A DNA stretch of 64,000 nucleotides from Thermomicrobiales bacterium. Its GTDB lineage: Bacteria; Chloroflexota; Chloroflexia; Thermomicrobiales; UBA6265. Every line of letters starts with the position of its first letter. Position 1 is the stretch's first letter. Shown piece after piece: positions 28,083 through 37,110 of this stretch. Location: contig JAGQGU010000001.1 of NCBI GenBank assembly GCA_020432165.1, forward strand, positions 273,705 through 337,704, in the 5' to 3' direction. Made by a program: the position numbers and the translations under genes. The notes beneath the pieces are model-generated. The model did no database searches. It saw only the letters and a program-made list of their open reading frames with translations, and was not told the DNA's origin.

Positions 28083-28158
28083 CTCTTGTGTAAGGTCGAC
28101 ATCACAGGTGCCAAACGACGGGTTGGCCGTGAGCCAGTTGACGGCAGGCGACCTCTAA

Positions 28159-28356
28159 TTGGGGAGCGCTCGACTGATTGGCCAGCAGCTCGATCCCGCT
28201 GAGTCTTCGTCCGAGTGCCGCATAATCCTGGCCCCTCGCCAGTCGCCGGGCTGCAATCCAATCGAACGGTCCCTCGCTAGGCGTAGGTCTGCGCGCTGCC
28301 GATTCAATCTGGCAGTAGTTACCCTCCATGATGGTGAAACGTTCGCGACACGATGA
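28159..28356 (+). pseudogene. Relic of an IS630/Tc1-mariner-type DDE transposase (C-terminal third)
   Basis: The short ORF contains CRIILAPRQSPGCNPIERSLARRR. This matches the conserved ..LP.YSP.LNPIE..W.. block that carries the catalytic E of IS630-family transposases. It is bounded by stops with no intact upstream part. Confidence 0.4.
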
Positions 28357-28375
28357 CACCTCTGGTGGCAGGTAT

Positions 28376-28400
28376 TGTATTGAACTAGCACACGAAGTTG
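28376..28400 (+). repeat. Copy B of the ~25-nt imperfect direct repeat (overlaps predicted leuS -35)
   Basis: See copy A. The 3' end of this copy runs into TTGACC at 28398-28403. Confidence 0.35.
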
Positions 28401-28427
28401 ACCAGCCATCCCGCCAATCCGTATACT
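28398..28427 (+). promoter_or_regulatory. Candidate promoter of the leuS T-box leader
   Basis: TTGACC (28398-28403), an 18-nt spacer, then TATACT (28422-28427). This sits about 40 nt upstream of the first T-box Stem I element. Confidence 0.5.
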
Positions 28428-28433
28428 GCCGGT

Positions 28434-28707
28434 GGACAATACGTAGCCACCTGGCTACCTGTCCTGGGTGATGATCGGAAGTAGTAAGCCCGCAAATATT
28501 CAGAGAGACGTCGGTTGGTGTGAGGCGTCGCACATGGGCCGAACTCGTCCGGGAGCTTCAACTGGTGAACAGAGAGTAGTCAGTTGCGGGAGCCTCCGTT
28601 AGCAGGCAGAGAGTGGATCGGTATCGTTAGGGAATGTTGCCGATCAATTAGGGTGGTACCGCGGAGTGCAAGCGCCTTCGTCCCTTGTGAGGGATGAGGC
28701 GTTTTTT
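28434..28707 (+). promoter_or_regulatory. T-box riboswitch leader (Leu, specifier CUC) with terminator
   Basis: Elements appear in canonical order: GAUGA K-turn (28470-28474), AGUAGUA, AGAGAG bulge (28502-28507), distal loop GGUUGGUGUGA, specifier loop GAA-CUC-G (CUC at 28544-28546), and Stem III GATCGG..CCGATC. The T-box sequence AATTAGGGTGGTACCGCGG lies at 28646-28664. The terminator hairpin is at 28673-28701, followed by TTTTTT. Confidence 0.85.
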
Positions 28708-28725
28708 GTGTTAATGGAGCAGAAC

Positions 28726-31203
28726 ATGACCGATACGATTGAAGAGAAGGTATACGATCCAGCGGTAATCGAGCCGAAGTGGCGCGCCAAATGGCAGGAT
28801 GCGGCGATCTACAAGGTGGAGAATACGACCGGCCAGCCGAACTGGATGAGTCTCACCATGTATCCGTACCCATCCGGCGTCCTCCATGTCGGGCACTGGT
28901 TTGCGTTCTCGATTCCGGATGTCTTCGCCCGTGCCCAGCGCATGCGTGGCTACAACGTCATGTACCCGATGGGTTTTGACAGCTTTGGTCTGCCCGCCGA
29001 GAACGCAGCCATCAAGCACAACATTCACCCGGCAAAGTGGACCTACGAGAATATCGACGACATGACACGTCAGTTCGATCTGATGGGTGCCATGATCGAT
29101 TGGGATCGTAAGGTGATTACTTGCGATCCCGAGTACTACAAGTGGAATCAGTGGTTCTTCCTGAAAATGCTGGAGAAAGGGCTGGCCTACCGTGCCGGAG
29201 GCTCAGTCTGGTGGTGCCCGAACGATCAGACCGTGCTCGCGAACGAGCAGGTTGTCGATGGCAATATCTGCGATCGTTGTGGGGCTGAGGTCTACAAGCG
29301 CGATCTGGAGCAATGGTATCTGCGCATCACCGATTACGCGCAGGAACTGTTGGACGGTCTGGATGGCCTCGATTGGCCCGAGCGCGTCAAAACGATGCAG
29401 CGCAACTGGATCGGTCGTTCCGAAGGGGCGCGCCTGAGCTTCGCGCTGGAAGATGGCAAGACGCTCGATGTCTTCACCACCCGTCCGGATACCGTCTTTG
29501 GTGCAACCTTTATGGTGTTGGCACCCGAGCATCCATATGTGGCTGAGATCACGACACCAGAGCAGCGTGCGGCGGTCGATGAATACGTCAAGAAGGCGCG
29601 CACAAAGACGGAAATCGAACGCCAGAGCACCGATGTTGATCGCCAGAAAAGCGGTGTTTTCACCGGTGCCTATGCGATCAATCCGGTCAATGATGCGCGT
29701 ATTCCGATCTGGATCGCCGATTACGTGCTGATGACTTACGGTACCGGCGCGATCATGGCTGTTCCGAGTGGTGACACACGGGACTTCGAGTTCGCGCGCC
29801 AGTTCGATTTGCCTATCATTCCCACGGTGCAGCCGACCAATGGTGAACCGCTGGATGGTGCCACGATGACGGAGGCCTATCACGGCGACGGCATCGTGGT
29901 GAACTCCGGCCCCTTCGATGGCATGACCCAGAGCGAAGCCTTGCCGAAGATGATCGAATGGCTGAGCGAGCAGGGGCGTGGCCAGGCCGAGATCAGCTGG
30001 CGCCTGCGCGATTGGTTGATCAGCCGCCAGCGCTATTGGGGCACGCCAATTCCTGTGGTCTATTGCGATACCTGCGGAATGGTGCCGGTTCCCGAGGATC
30101 AGTTGCCGGTCGTGCTGCCGCTGGATGCCGAGTTCAAGCCTACGGGTCAGAGTCCGTTGATCACGCACGAATCCTTCGTGAATACGACTTGTCCCCAGTG
30201 CGGCGGGGCCGCCCGTCGGGAGACGGATACGATGGATACCTTCATCGATTCGTCCTGGTACTGGTTCCGCTATGCCAGCCCGCACGATGACACGGCACCC
30301 TTCGATCGCATTGCGGCCGAGGAGTGGAATCCTGTCGCGCTCTACTGTGGTGGTATCGAGCACGCCATTCTGCACCTGCTCTACGCGCGCTTTTTCACCA
30401 AGGTTATTCGCGATCTCGGTATGATCGATGTCGATGAGCCATTTAGCCGTCTTCGTAATCAGGGCATGATCCTGAGCGAGGATGGCCGCAAGATGAGCAA
30501 GAGTCGTGGACGCCAGATCGGACCGGACGAGCTTGTAGCGGCGCACGGTGCCGATGCTCTGCGCCTGCATCTCATGTTCCTGGGACCGTGGGAGCAGGGC
30601 GGACCGTGGAATGATCGCGGTATCACCGGTATGGAGCGCTTCATCCGCCGCGCCTACACCGTCGTGGAAGAGTTGGGTACCACTCAATCCGGTGCGGCAT
30701 CTGGCTCTGATGCCGAGCGATCATTAACGGCGTTGCAGCATCGCACGATCAAGCGCGCGACGGATCAGATCGATTCGTTCGGCTTCAACACAATGGTTTC
30801 GGCATTGATTGAGTACGTCAACGAGCTGATGAAGCTGAAGGAGACCGATATCGTCACCTCGCCAGTCTGGCGCGATGCGGTGGAGACACTGGTGCTATTG
30901 ATGGCACCCGCCACGCCATATGTTGCTGAAGAGATGTGGGAGATGCTGGGCAAGCCGTTTAGCGTTCACCAGCAATCCTGGCCGGTTTACGATTCGGCTT
31001 TGGCTGTTGAAGCGACGATCGAGATTCCGGTGCAGATCAACGGCAAGGTGCGCGATCGCGTGATTGTGCCAAGCGGTGCCACTGCAGATGATCAGTTGGC
31101 CGCAGCCAGGGCGCTGGAGAAAGTGGTCGCGCTGATCGCCGACAAGCAGATCGTGAAAGAGATTTCCGTTCCGGGACGGTTGGTGAACATCGTCATTAAG
31201 TAG
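28726..31203 (+). CDS. leuS: Leucine--tRNA ligase
   Basis: About 825 aa from ATG 28726 (GGAG 6 nt upstream). Motifs include YPSGVLHVGHW (HIGH), the editing-domain region and KMSKSRG (KMSKS). A Leu T-box precedes it. Confidence 0.95.
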   Translation: MTDTIEEKVYDPAVIEPKWRAKWQDAAIYKVENTTGQPNWMSLTMYPYPSGVLHVGHWFAFSIPDVFARAQRMRGYNVMYPMGFDSFGLPAENAAIKHNIHPAKWTYENIDDMTRQFDLMGAMIDWDRKVITCDPEYYKWNQWFFLKMLEKGLAYRAGGSVWWCPNDQTVLANEQVVDGNICDRCGAEVYKRDLEQWYLRITDYAQELLDGLDGLDWPERVKTMQRNWIGRSEGARLSFALEDGKTLDVFTTRPDTVFGATFMVLAPEHPYVAEITTPEQRAAVDEYVKKARTKTEIERQSTDVDRQKSGVFTGAYAINPVNDARIPIWIADYVLMTYGTGAIMAVPSGDTRDFEFARQFDLPIIPTVQPTNGEPLDGATMTEAYHGDGIVVNSGPFDGMTQSEALPKMIEWLSEQGRGQAEISWRLRDWLISRQRYWGTPIPVVYCDTCGMVPVPEDQLPVVLPLDAEFKPTGQSPLITHESFVNTTCPQCGGAARRETDTMDTFIDSSWYWFRYASPHDDTAPFDRIAAEEWNPVALYCGGIEHAILHLLYARFFTKVIRDLGMIDVDEPFSRLRNQGMILSEDGRKMSKSRGRQIGPDELVAAHGADALRLHLMFLGPWEQGGPWNDRGITGMERFIRRAYTVVEELGTTQSGAASGSDAERSLTALQHRTIKRATDQIDSFGFNTMVSALIEYVNELMKLKETDIVTSPVWRDAVETLVLLMAPATPYVAEEMWEMLGKPFSVHQQSWPVYDSALAVEATIEIPVQINGKVRDRVIVPSGATADDQLAAARALEKVVALIADKQIVKEISVPGRLVNIVIK

Positions 31204-31235
31204 GCACGTAGACGCAGGCGGATCAACAGATGTGA

Positions 31236-31266
31236 AGAGGCGGATCGTATGTGACGATCCGCCTCT
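31236..31266. terminator. Bidirectional hairpin between convergent leuS and gcvPB
   Basis: AGAGGCGGATCG (31236-31247) pairs with CGATCCGCCTCT (31255-31266), a perfect 12 bp stem with a 7-nt loop. Confidence 0.65.
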
Positions 31267-31302
31267 CGCGTTCGAGATGGATGATGTGGAAACCGATCGA
31301 AC

Positions 31303-32745
31303 CTAATCCGCTGCTGGCGTCCAGACCTGATTCGGATTGCGATTCGCGCCGACCTCGTCCAGCCGCTTGTACTCCGTGTTATGTGGTGCGCTGGTGATAA
31401 TCTCCGGATTCGTCTCTGCCTCGTCAGCGATCTGCAACATTGCTTCGACGAAGTAGTCCAGGCTCTCCTTGCTTTCGGTCTCGGTTGGCTCAATCATGAG
31501 CGCTTCCGGCACGATCAGCGGGAAGTAGGTTGTCGGCGGATGCACCCCGAAGTCCAACAGTCGCTTGGCGATATCCAGTGTCTTAACACCCTGCTTCTTC
31601 TGGCGGGTGCCATTCACCACAAACTCATGCATGCAGGTCCGCGGGTACTGCACATCGAAGCGATCCTGCAGGCGTGCCATCAGGTAATTAGCGGCGAGCA
31701 CGGCATCCTCGCTGATCATGCGCAGGCCCTCGGCTCCGTGCATGCGGATGTAGGTGTAGGCGCGCACGAACATACCGAAGTTGCCATTGAAGCTGTGCAG
31801 GCGACCGATCGATTTGGCTGGATCAGCCCAGATGTAGGTATCGCCATCTTTCTCGACACGTGGTGCTGGCAGATAGGCTTCCAGACCCTCGCGTACGCCG
31901 ACCGGACCAGAACCCGGTCCGCCACCACCATGAGGCGTGGAGAATGTCTTGTGCAGGTTGTAGTGCATCACATCCACCCCGAGATCACCTGGTCGGGCGA
32001 TACCGAGAATGGCGTTGAAGTTGGCACCATCGTTATAGACCAGCCCCCCGCACTCGTGTATGAGCTTGATGATCTCCTGGATATGCTCATCCCAAAGACC
32101 GAGTGTGTTCGGATTGGTGATCATGAGTCCGGCGATATCCGGCCCCAGCAGGCCCTTCAGGGCCTCGATATCGGCATTCCCACGATCATCGGAGGGGATA
32201 CTGACGATATCGAATCCGGCCATCACTGCGGTTGCTGGATTGGTGCCGTGTGCGGAATCCGGAATCAGCATCTTGGTGCGGGCGGTATCGCCTCGCTCTT
32301 CGTGATAGGCGCGGATAATAAGGCAGCCGGTCAGCTCACCGTGAGCGCCGGCCGCTGGTTGCAGTGTTACCTGATGGAAACCGGCGATCTCCGCCAGCAT
32401 CTCCTGGAGCTCATACATCAGCTCAAGGGCGCCCTGCACGGTTTCGGCTGGCTGATAGGGATGCAGGTTCGCAAAGCCTGGGAGCCGACTCACCGCCTCA
32501 TTGATCTTCGGGTTGTACTTCATGGTGCAACTACCGAGCGGATACATCGCGATATCGATGGCGTGATTCTTTTGGCTCATGCGCGTGAAGTGGCGGATCA
32601 CATCGATCTCGCTCACTTCTGGCCACATCAGCGATTCGCGCTGCATCTCAGCCGGCGGCTCGACGGCTGGAACATCGGATTGAGGAAAGCGCACGCCGCG
32701 CCGACCGGGCTTGCTGAGTTCAAAGATCAACGGCTCGACCGCCAT
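31303..32745 (-). CDS. gcvPB: Glycine dehydrogenase (aminomethyl-transferring) subunit 2
   Basis: About 480 aa from ATG 32745 ([17 protein letters not shown]). The PLP-lysine region is [18 protein letters not shown]. The sequence is strongly GcvPB-like throughout. Confidence 0.95.
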   Translation of the reverse strand: MAVEPLIFELSKPGRRGVRFPQSDVPAVEPPAEMQRESLMWPEVSEIDVIRHFTRMSQKNHAIDIAMYPLGSCTMKYNPKINEAVSRLPGFANLHPYQPAETVQGALELMYELQEMLAEIAGFHQVTLQPAAGAHGELTGCLIIRAYHEERGDTARTKMLIPDSAHGTNPATAVMAGFDIVSIPSDDRGNADIEALKGLLGPDIAGLMITNPNTLGLWDEHIQEIIKLIHECGGLVYNDGANFNAILGIARPGDLGVDVMHYNLHKTFSTPHGGGGPGSGPVGVREGLEAYLPAPRVEKDGDTYIWADPAKSIGRLHSFNGNFGMFVRAYTYIRMHGAEGLRMISEDAVLAANYLMARLQDRFDVQYPRTCMHEFVVNGTRQKKQGVKTLDIAKRLLDFGVHPPTTYFPLIVPEALMIEPTETESKESLDYFVEAMLQIADEAETNPEIITSAPHNTEYKRLDEVGANRNPNQVWTPAAD

Positions 32746-32832
32746 GTGGAAAACTCCCTGTGAAGCGTAAATCTGGAGAGCACGGGAGGCGAATCGCGAC
32801 CCCATTTGCCATCGTTGATGGTAGCACGGGAA

Positions 32833-34029
32833 TCAGTGTTGTGGAGCAATCTCACTGGCACGAGTACCGAGTCCCCGGCGATGTCGCCAGGCGATGACGG
32901 AAGCCATGGTGATGCAGCTGATGATGGAGACGATAAATGGGAGAACTGCATTCCAGCCATAGAGCGCGGCGGCCACCAGTGGCGAGAAGCTGAGTGCACC
33001 TCCACCAAGCACCTCAATAATCGCGAACGCCCGTGTTTGCAGATGCTGTGGCGCGTACTGGCCGACGGTGGCAACAAGAAACTGCCAGGTGGCGAAGAAT
33101 CCGCCACGGCAGATATAGGCGATCGCTATTGCCGGTAACCAGGGGGAGACCGCGAAGAGGAGATAGCCAAGCGCGGTGACGAGAATCGACCAGATCGCTG
33201 CCAAAAATGGCTCACGCGCCATGAAGCGCAATCGCAGTCCGGCCCACCCGAATGCCAGCGTACCGATTGCAGCGCCAGTTGAGAGCAGCGTGATCGTTGC
33301 TGGTGTGATATCGCGCACATCCTGCAGAAAGTTCGGCAGAAGCATGCTGCCGACACCAAGACTGAAGATGGTGAGGGCGTGAATGATGACAATATCGCGT
33401 GTCGTGCTATGCCGGATTACGTCACGGATCGAACCTGGTTCGGCGGCCTGCGCGAAGTCGCGATCTTTACTGAAATCCATTTGGGAGAGGAAGAGCGTTC
33501 CTGCTGCGCTCAGACTTGCCGAGAAGAGGATGCCACCCTTCATCCCGAAGTTGCTTATGACCAGGCTGGCGATGAGAGGTGTGATGAGGAGTGCGAATGA
33601 CGGCCCGATGGTGCAGGTGATACTGAAAGCGCGGCCGACATCCGCCCCTGCGTGCACCGGAATGTGCGCGTGCAAGGCCGGGAAAACGAGTTCGCCGAAC
33701 CCGATCAGGAAGACCGTGATCAGGAGGTATTCCCACGATCGCGCGAACGCGGCAAAGCAAACACCAGCTACCATGGTTAAGCGCGCGATCACCAGCATCC
33801 AGCGCACATTCACACGGTCACTTAGCCAGGAACCGCCCAGCAGAATGAAGGGACGCAGAAATCCACCCAGACTCAGGACAATGCCGACTGTGCCAATGGC
33901 TGCGCCGAGATGCTCGATCCAGAGCGGCCAGATGGTGGACCAGACACCATACGCCGCCTCGAACAAGGTGAGCGACCAGAAGACCAGACCAAGCTCCTTG
34001 CCGAGCCCCATATCCCAGCGAATCCGCAT
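32833..34029 (-). CDS. MFS transporter
   Basis: Only the C-terminal ~398 aa of the 637-aa ORF look coding, with 12 hydrophobic segments. The start is taken at ATG 34029, or alternatively 34011. The upstream ORF part overlaps a + strand gene and lacks coding character. Confidence 0.8.
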   Translation of the reverse strand: MRIRWDMGLGKELGLVFWSLTLFEAAYGVWSTIWPLWIEHLGAAIGTVGIVLSLGGFLRPFILLGGSWLSDRVNVRWMLVIARLTMVAGVCFAAFARSWEYLLITVFLIGFGELVFPALHAHIPVHAGADVGRAFSITCTIGPSFALLITPLIASLVISNFGMKGGILFSASLSAAGTLFLSQMDFSKDRDFAQAAEPGSIRDVIRHSTTRDIVIIHALTIFSLGVGSMLLPNFLQDVRDITPATITLLSTGAAIGTLAFGWAGLRLRFMAREPFLAAIWSILVTALGYLLFAVSPWLPAIAIAYICRGGFFATWQFLVATVGQYAPQHLQTRAFAIIEVLGGGALSFSPLVAAALYGWNAVLPFIVSIISCITMASVIAWRHRRGLGTRASEIAPQH

Positions 34030-34164
34030 GTAGATGAACCTGTGATGAAGTAAGAAAAGCCGAATCCAGCTGATTGTATGTGAGAGTCGCGCAAGCAGCC
34101 ACGTCCTGCCGTACAATTGGCGCGGTCCGGATAGGACCAGGTTGAATCTTAGGAGTACGCGCGC

Positions 34165-34770
34165 GTGAATCCCTATCTTGCTACCGGTCTCGCCATGTGC
34201 GCGATTGTCTTTGTCGCCCTCATTGGTACTGGCTATCTCGCTGTTTACTTCACCCGTCGTGCCAAGGCCGATGTCGAGCGGATGATCGCGCCACTGGCGG
34301 CCGCGCTGGATGAAGGCGAAGCCGATGTTGAGGAGGCTGAAGTTAAGGGTAAGTATGGAGGCGCACTGGTTTTCGGACGGATGGCGCGCGCCGCTGCTGG
34401 CACCGTCACTTTGTGGCAATCCGATTTGATCGACAGCGCCGGAGGCCACGGGTGGAACTTCGTTTACTCGCGCCCTAATCCCAAGAAGCATGATCCTGCA
34501 GAAGAGATCGATATCGTCACCGAATCTGACGCGATCCGATCGTGGCTCGAGACCTGGACCGTGGAAACGATCACAGCGATCCAGCCGACAGAGAGCGACT
34601 GGGTACAGGTCGAGTACACGTCTGAGTCCGGCACCATTCGTATAGCCCGCCCCATCAAGGGCCGCAACCAGATTCCACCGCCGGAAACCTTCCTTGCCGA
34701 TCTCGCTTTTGCTCAAGAGATCGGCGATCGTAACCGTGCCATGCAACAGGGAGCCATTGATGCCGAGTGA
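34165..34770 (+). CDS. Hypothetical membrane-anchored protein
   Basis: 201 aa with a single N-terminal TM segment (LATGLAMCAIVFVALIGTGYLAVYF) and a soluble remainder with no recognised domain. The stop overlaps the next gene by 11 nt. Confidence 0.55.
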   Translation: MNPYLATGLAMCAIVFVALIGTGYLAVYFTRRAKADVERMIAPLAAALDEGEADVEEAEVKGKYGGALVFGRMARAAAGTVTLWQSDLIDSAGGHGWNFVYSRPNPKKHDPAEEIDIVTESDAIRSWLETWTVETITAIQPTESDWVQVEYTSESGTIRIARPIKGRNQIPPPETFLADLAFAQEIGDRNRAMQQGAIDAE

Positions 34771-35524
34771 TCTTCAGCCTATCGTCTATATCGACTCCGA
34801 TGTGGAACAGGCCGCCTGGATCTACGCCACCTTTGGCCCGGATGGTACCTGGCAAACGGTAAGTCAGACCATGAGACCGTCCGCCGACGGCACACTTCAG
34901 GAGATTCTGGAGATTCAGCCGGTCGGCGGCGAGAGTGTTTTCGTGCCGTTCATGGAAGCATCGCCCGATGAATCGCTGGAAGGTACCGGTATCGATCGTA
35001 CCGGTGTCATCGAAGATGTGATGCACATCGCGGCGCAATATGCTGAGGCTAATCCCCCGCATCATCCGGGTAGCTTGCCTCGCTTCCCGATACCGGCTCG
35101 CTCTTACGAGCACGCGTTGGTGGTACCGATGGCGATATTGGCTGTTGATGACACTGGCCGTCGCGGACTCTATGCTCCTCCGCGGCAGGTGGTGCTTTCA
35201 GTTACGGACAATTCGCTAATCGGATTTGGTGACTTCCCGGGATTCGATCCCGAAGAATGGCCCCCTGCACGCGTGGGTGATTGGCCGCCTCATGCCCTCA
35301 GCCACATGCCAGAGCAGCAGATGCAGGGCGTGATCCAGCGCTTTAGCTGTTGCTGGAGCCGCGTCCTTGAGGCCTGGTTCAATCGCGATGGCGATGAGAA
35401 AAGCGATGTCCTTCGTGCTGACGTTGTCGAAAGTTTGCGCTATCGTGCGTTGTTGGATGCACCCGGATTTGAGGAGCTCTATGTTCGCCTGAACCCAGAG
35501 TTCGAGCGCTGGTTACACTCGTAA
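34760..35524 (+). CDS. Hypothetical protein (translationally coupled to 34165..34770)
   Basis: 254 aa from ATG 34760. No recognised motifs. The coding call rests on ORF length and overlap with the upstream gene. Confidence 0.55.
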   Translation: MPSDLQPIVYIDSDVEQAAWIYATFGPDGTWQTVSQTMRPSADGTLQEILEIQPVGGESVFVPFMEASPDESLEGTGIDRTGVIEDVMHIAAQYAEANPPHHPGSLPRFPIPARSYEHALVVPMAILAVDDTGRRGLYAPPRQVVLSVTDNSLIGFGDFPGFDPEEWPPARVGDWPPHALSHMPEQQMQGVIQRFSCCWSRVLEAWFNRDGDEKSDVLRADVVESLRYRALLDAPGFEELYVRLNPEFERWLHS

Positions 35525-35527
35525 CAA

Positions 35528-36523
35528 TTAACCTGCCGCCAACGGCTCCGGCAGGCCATCCGTTTCGGTAACCGCAACTGGTTCCGGCTCGGGAATCTTG
35601 CTCCACTTCTCGATCCACGCCTTGGTGGCCCACCATGAATAGGTGGTAACGCCGCCGCCAACGATGATATCGATCACATAGTGCTCGCCCATGTAGACCA
35701 ACGCCAGGCCCATGCTCATCGAGTAGATAAAGGCGGCGATTCGCCACCCCCATCCGCGACTCCAGGCGACCCAGAAGAGCAGGAAGGTGATACCGAAGTG
35801 CATGCTTGGCATGGCGGCTATCGGATTACTCTCGCCCACTACCTTATAGCCGGCTTCATACAGCCCTCCACCCAAACTCTTGGCGATCGGCTCCATGATA
35901 CGTTGCACCACCGGCGCGGTGGGGGAATCGATCGCCTCTGGTGCCATCCAGGGTGGATTGGACGGAATGATTGCGTAGATGACAAGCCCCAAAAAGAGTG
36001 TCATTGTCAGTGCCGCCAGATAGTGCTGGAACTGGCCCTTGTAACGCAACAGAATCCATAGCGCTACTGCATGTGGGATGATGAAATAGCTCCAGTGGAC
36101 GAAGGTGAAGTAGTAATCCCACAGGTGGATGTGCCCTGGCGTATAGAAACGGGCCTGAAGCGTGATGGTGGGCAGTTCGCCATTGAAGAGCCAGCGCTCG
36201 AACTCGGCGACCTGCGTATTCAGCGTCTTTGCGAAGAGGGTCTCATCCGTGAACGATCGCAAGAAGGTGAAGACAAACCACACGGTCGCATACGGCACAA
36301 TACCGGCCACAAACGCACGCGCACTGCCCGCAGGGATGAAGACGACCAGGAGCGAAGCCGCAAGCCCCCAAAGAAGGAACTGAATATCGCCGCGTAACCA
36401 CGCCACCACAATGATTGCGACAGCAATGGTGATGCGTATCGCGCGTTCTGTCGTTAGATTTGGGCGACGTTGGCTCCACCTGCTCTGGGTATCCGGTTCC
36501 AACTCAGGATTATCGTTGCTCAT
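35528..36523 (-). CDS. PAP2-superfamily membrane protein (PAP2_3 / Aur1-like type)
   Basis: Polytopic membrane protein with C-terminal PSMH (PSGH-like) and GEHYVIDIIVGG (H..D) motifs, as in PAP2 phosphatase/phosphotransferase families. Confidence 0.65.
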   Translation of the reverse strand: MSNDNPELEPDTQSRWSQRRPNLTTERAIRITIAVAIIVVAWLRGDIQFLLWGLAASLLVVFIPAGSARAFVAGIVPYATVWFVFTFLRSFTDETLFAKTLNTQVAEFERWLFNGELPTITLQARFYTPGHIHLWDYYFTFVHWSYFIIPHAVALWILLRYKGQFQHYLAALTMTLFLGLVIYAIIPSNPPWMAPEAIDSPTAPVVQRIMEPIAKSLGGGLYEAGYKVVGESNPIAAMPSMHFGITFLLFWVAWSRGWGWRIAAFIYSMSMGLALVYMGEHYVIDIIVGGGVTTYSWWATKAWIEKWSKIPEPEPVAVTETDGLPEPLAAG

Positions 36524-36591
36524 GCAGGGTATCCCACCAGAAAAGCTATGTTCCCCACCGGCTGCCTCTCAACCGCGGGTGATAGGTAATA

Positions 36592-37107
36592 TTATCCCAA
36601 TCGATACCTGTGCATAGCCTTGCTCGTCATCGCGTAGGTATCAGCAGTGGTTTCTTCATCTGGTTTCTTGCTCATGAAACCTCTTCGCAGCTGTTCGTCG
36701 ATCCATGCGCGATCAAGATCGTAGCTGCCCGCGAGCGCAATGATCTCGGATTCTCCCAGATGATTTCCTGCATCCCGCAGGGCTGCGAAGAAGTGCTCCC
36801 TGTTCATCTCGGCAGGTGTAGTTGCGTTCAACAACAATCGTGTCGGCATCTCCCCTCCGCTCAGAAATGCCACGATATCAGGGACATCGTTCTCTTCCAC
36901 ATTGCTGAAAACGATATTGTCCGGATAGACCACGATATTCGGTCCGATATCGCAGAGATCGATGGTGCCGCAGGTGTTCATGTGAACGGGTGTGTTCAGC
37001 TTCCGTCGCATGAGTTCGAACCGCAGACGGTTGATTACCTTGGCGGCACCCTTCTGATTGCAGTGGTTGCCTGTGCACGCAAAGATATGACGCTCGGTCC
37101 AATACAT
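36592..37107 (-). CDS. Thioredoxin-like [2Fe-2S] ferredoxin domain protein
   Basis: The N-terminal half has CTGNHC (C-x4-C) and, about 30 aa later, CGTIDLCDIGPNIVVYP. This is typical of thioredoxin-like 2Fe-2S ferredoxins. The extra ~70-aa C-terminal region is of unknown function. Confidence 0.6.
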   Translation of the reverse strand: MYWTERHIFACTGNHCNQKGAAKVINRLRFELMRRKLNTPVHMNTCGTIDLCDIGPNIVVYPDNIVFSNVEENDVPDIVAFLSGGEMPTRLLLNATTPAEMNREHFFAALRDAGNHLGESEIIALAGSYDLDRAWIDEQLRRGFMSKKPDEETTADTYAMTSKAMHRYRLG

Positions 37108-37110
37108 GTA

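Noticed and set aside
28102-28533. 143-aa minus-strand ORF between the DUF4352-SH3 gene and leuS
   Set aside because: Its 5' third lies antisense to the well-supported T-box leader and predicted promoter. The rest lies antisense to an IS630-like relic. It has no motifs or convincing RBS.
29203-30687. 494-aa ORF on the minus strand
   Set aside because: It is antisense to leuS, so it is a shadow ORF.
31381-32763. 460-aa ORF on the plus strand
   Set aside because: It is antisense to gcvPB, so it is a shadow ORF.
32771-32810. Glycine-riboswitch-like string TCTGGAGAGCACGGGAGGCGAA next to gcvPB
   Set aside because: It is on the plus strand, while gcvPB is transcribed from the minus strand. It also lacks the ACCGAAGGGGCAA and CTCAGGCAAAAGGAC cores. 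This looks like a chance resemblance.
34030-34746. N-terminal ~240-aa extension of the 637-aa ORF containing the MFS transporter
   Set aside because: The extension has no TM segments and an Arg/Gly/Leu-rich shadow-type composition. It is antisense to the plus-strand gene 34165..34770. The MFS fold is complete from ATG 34029.
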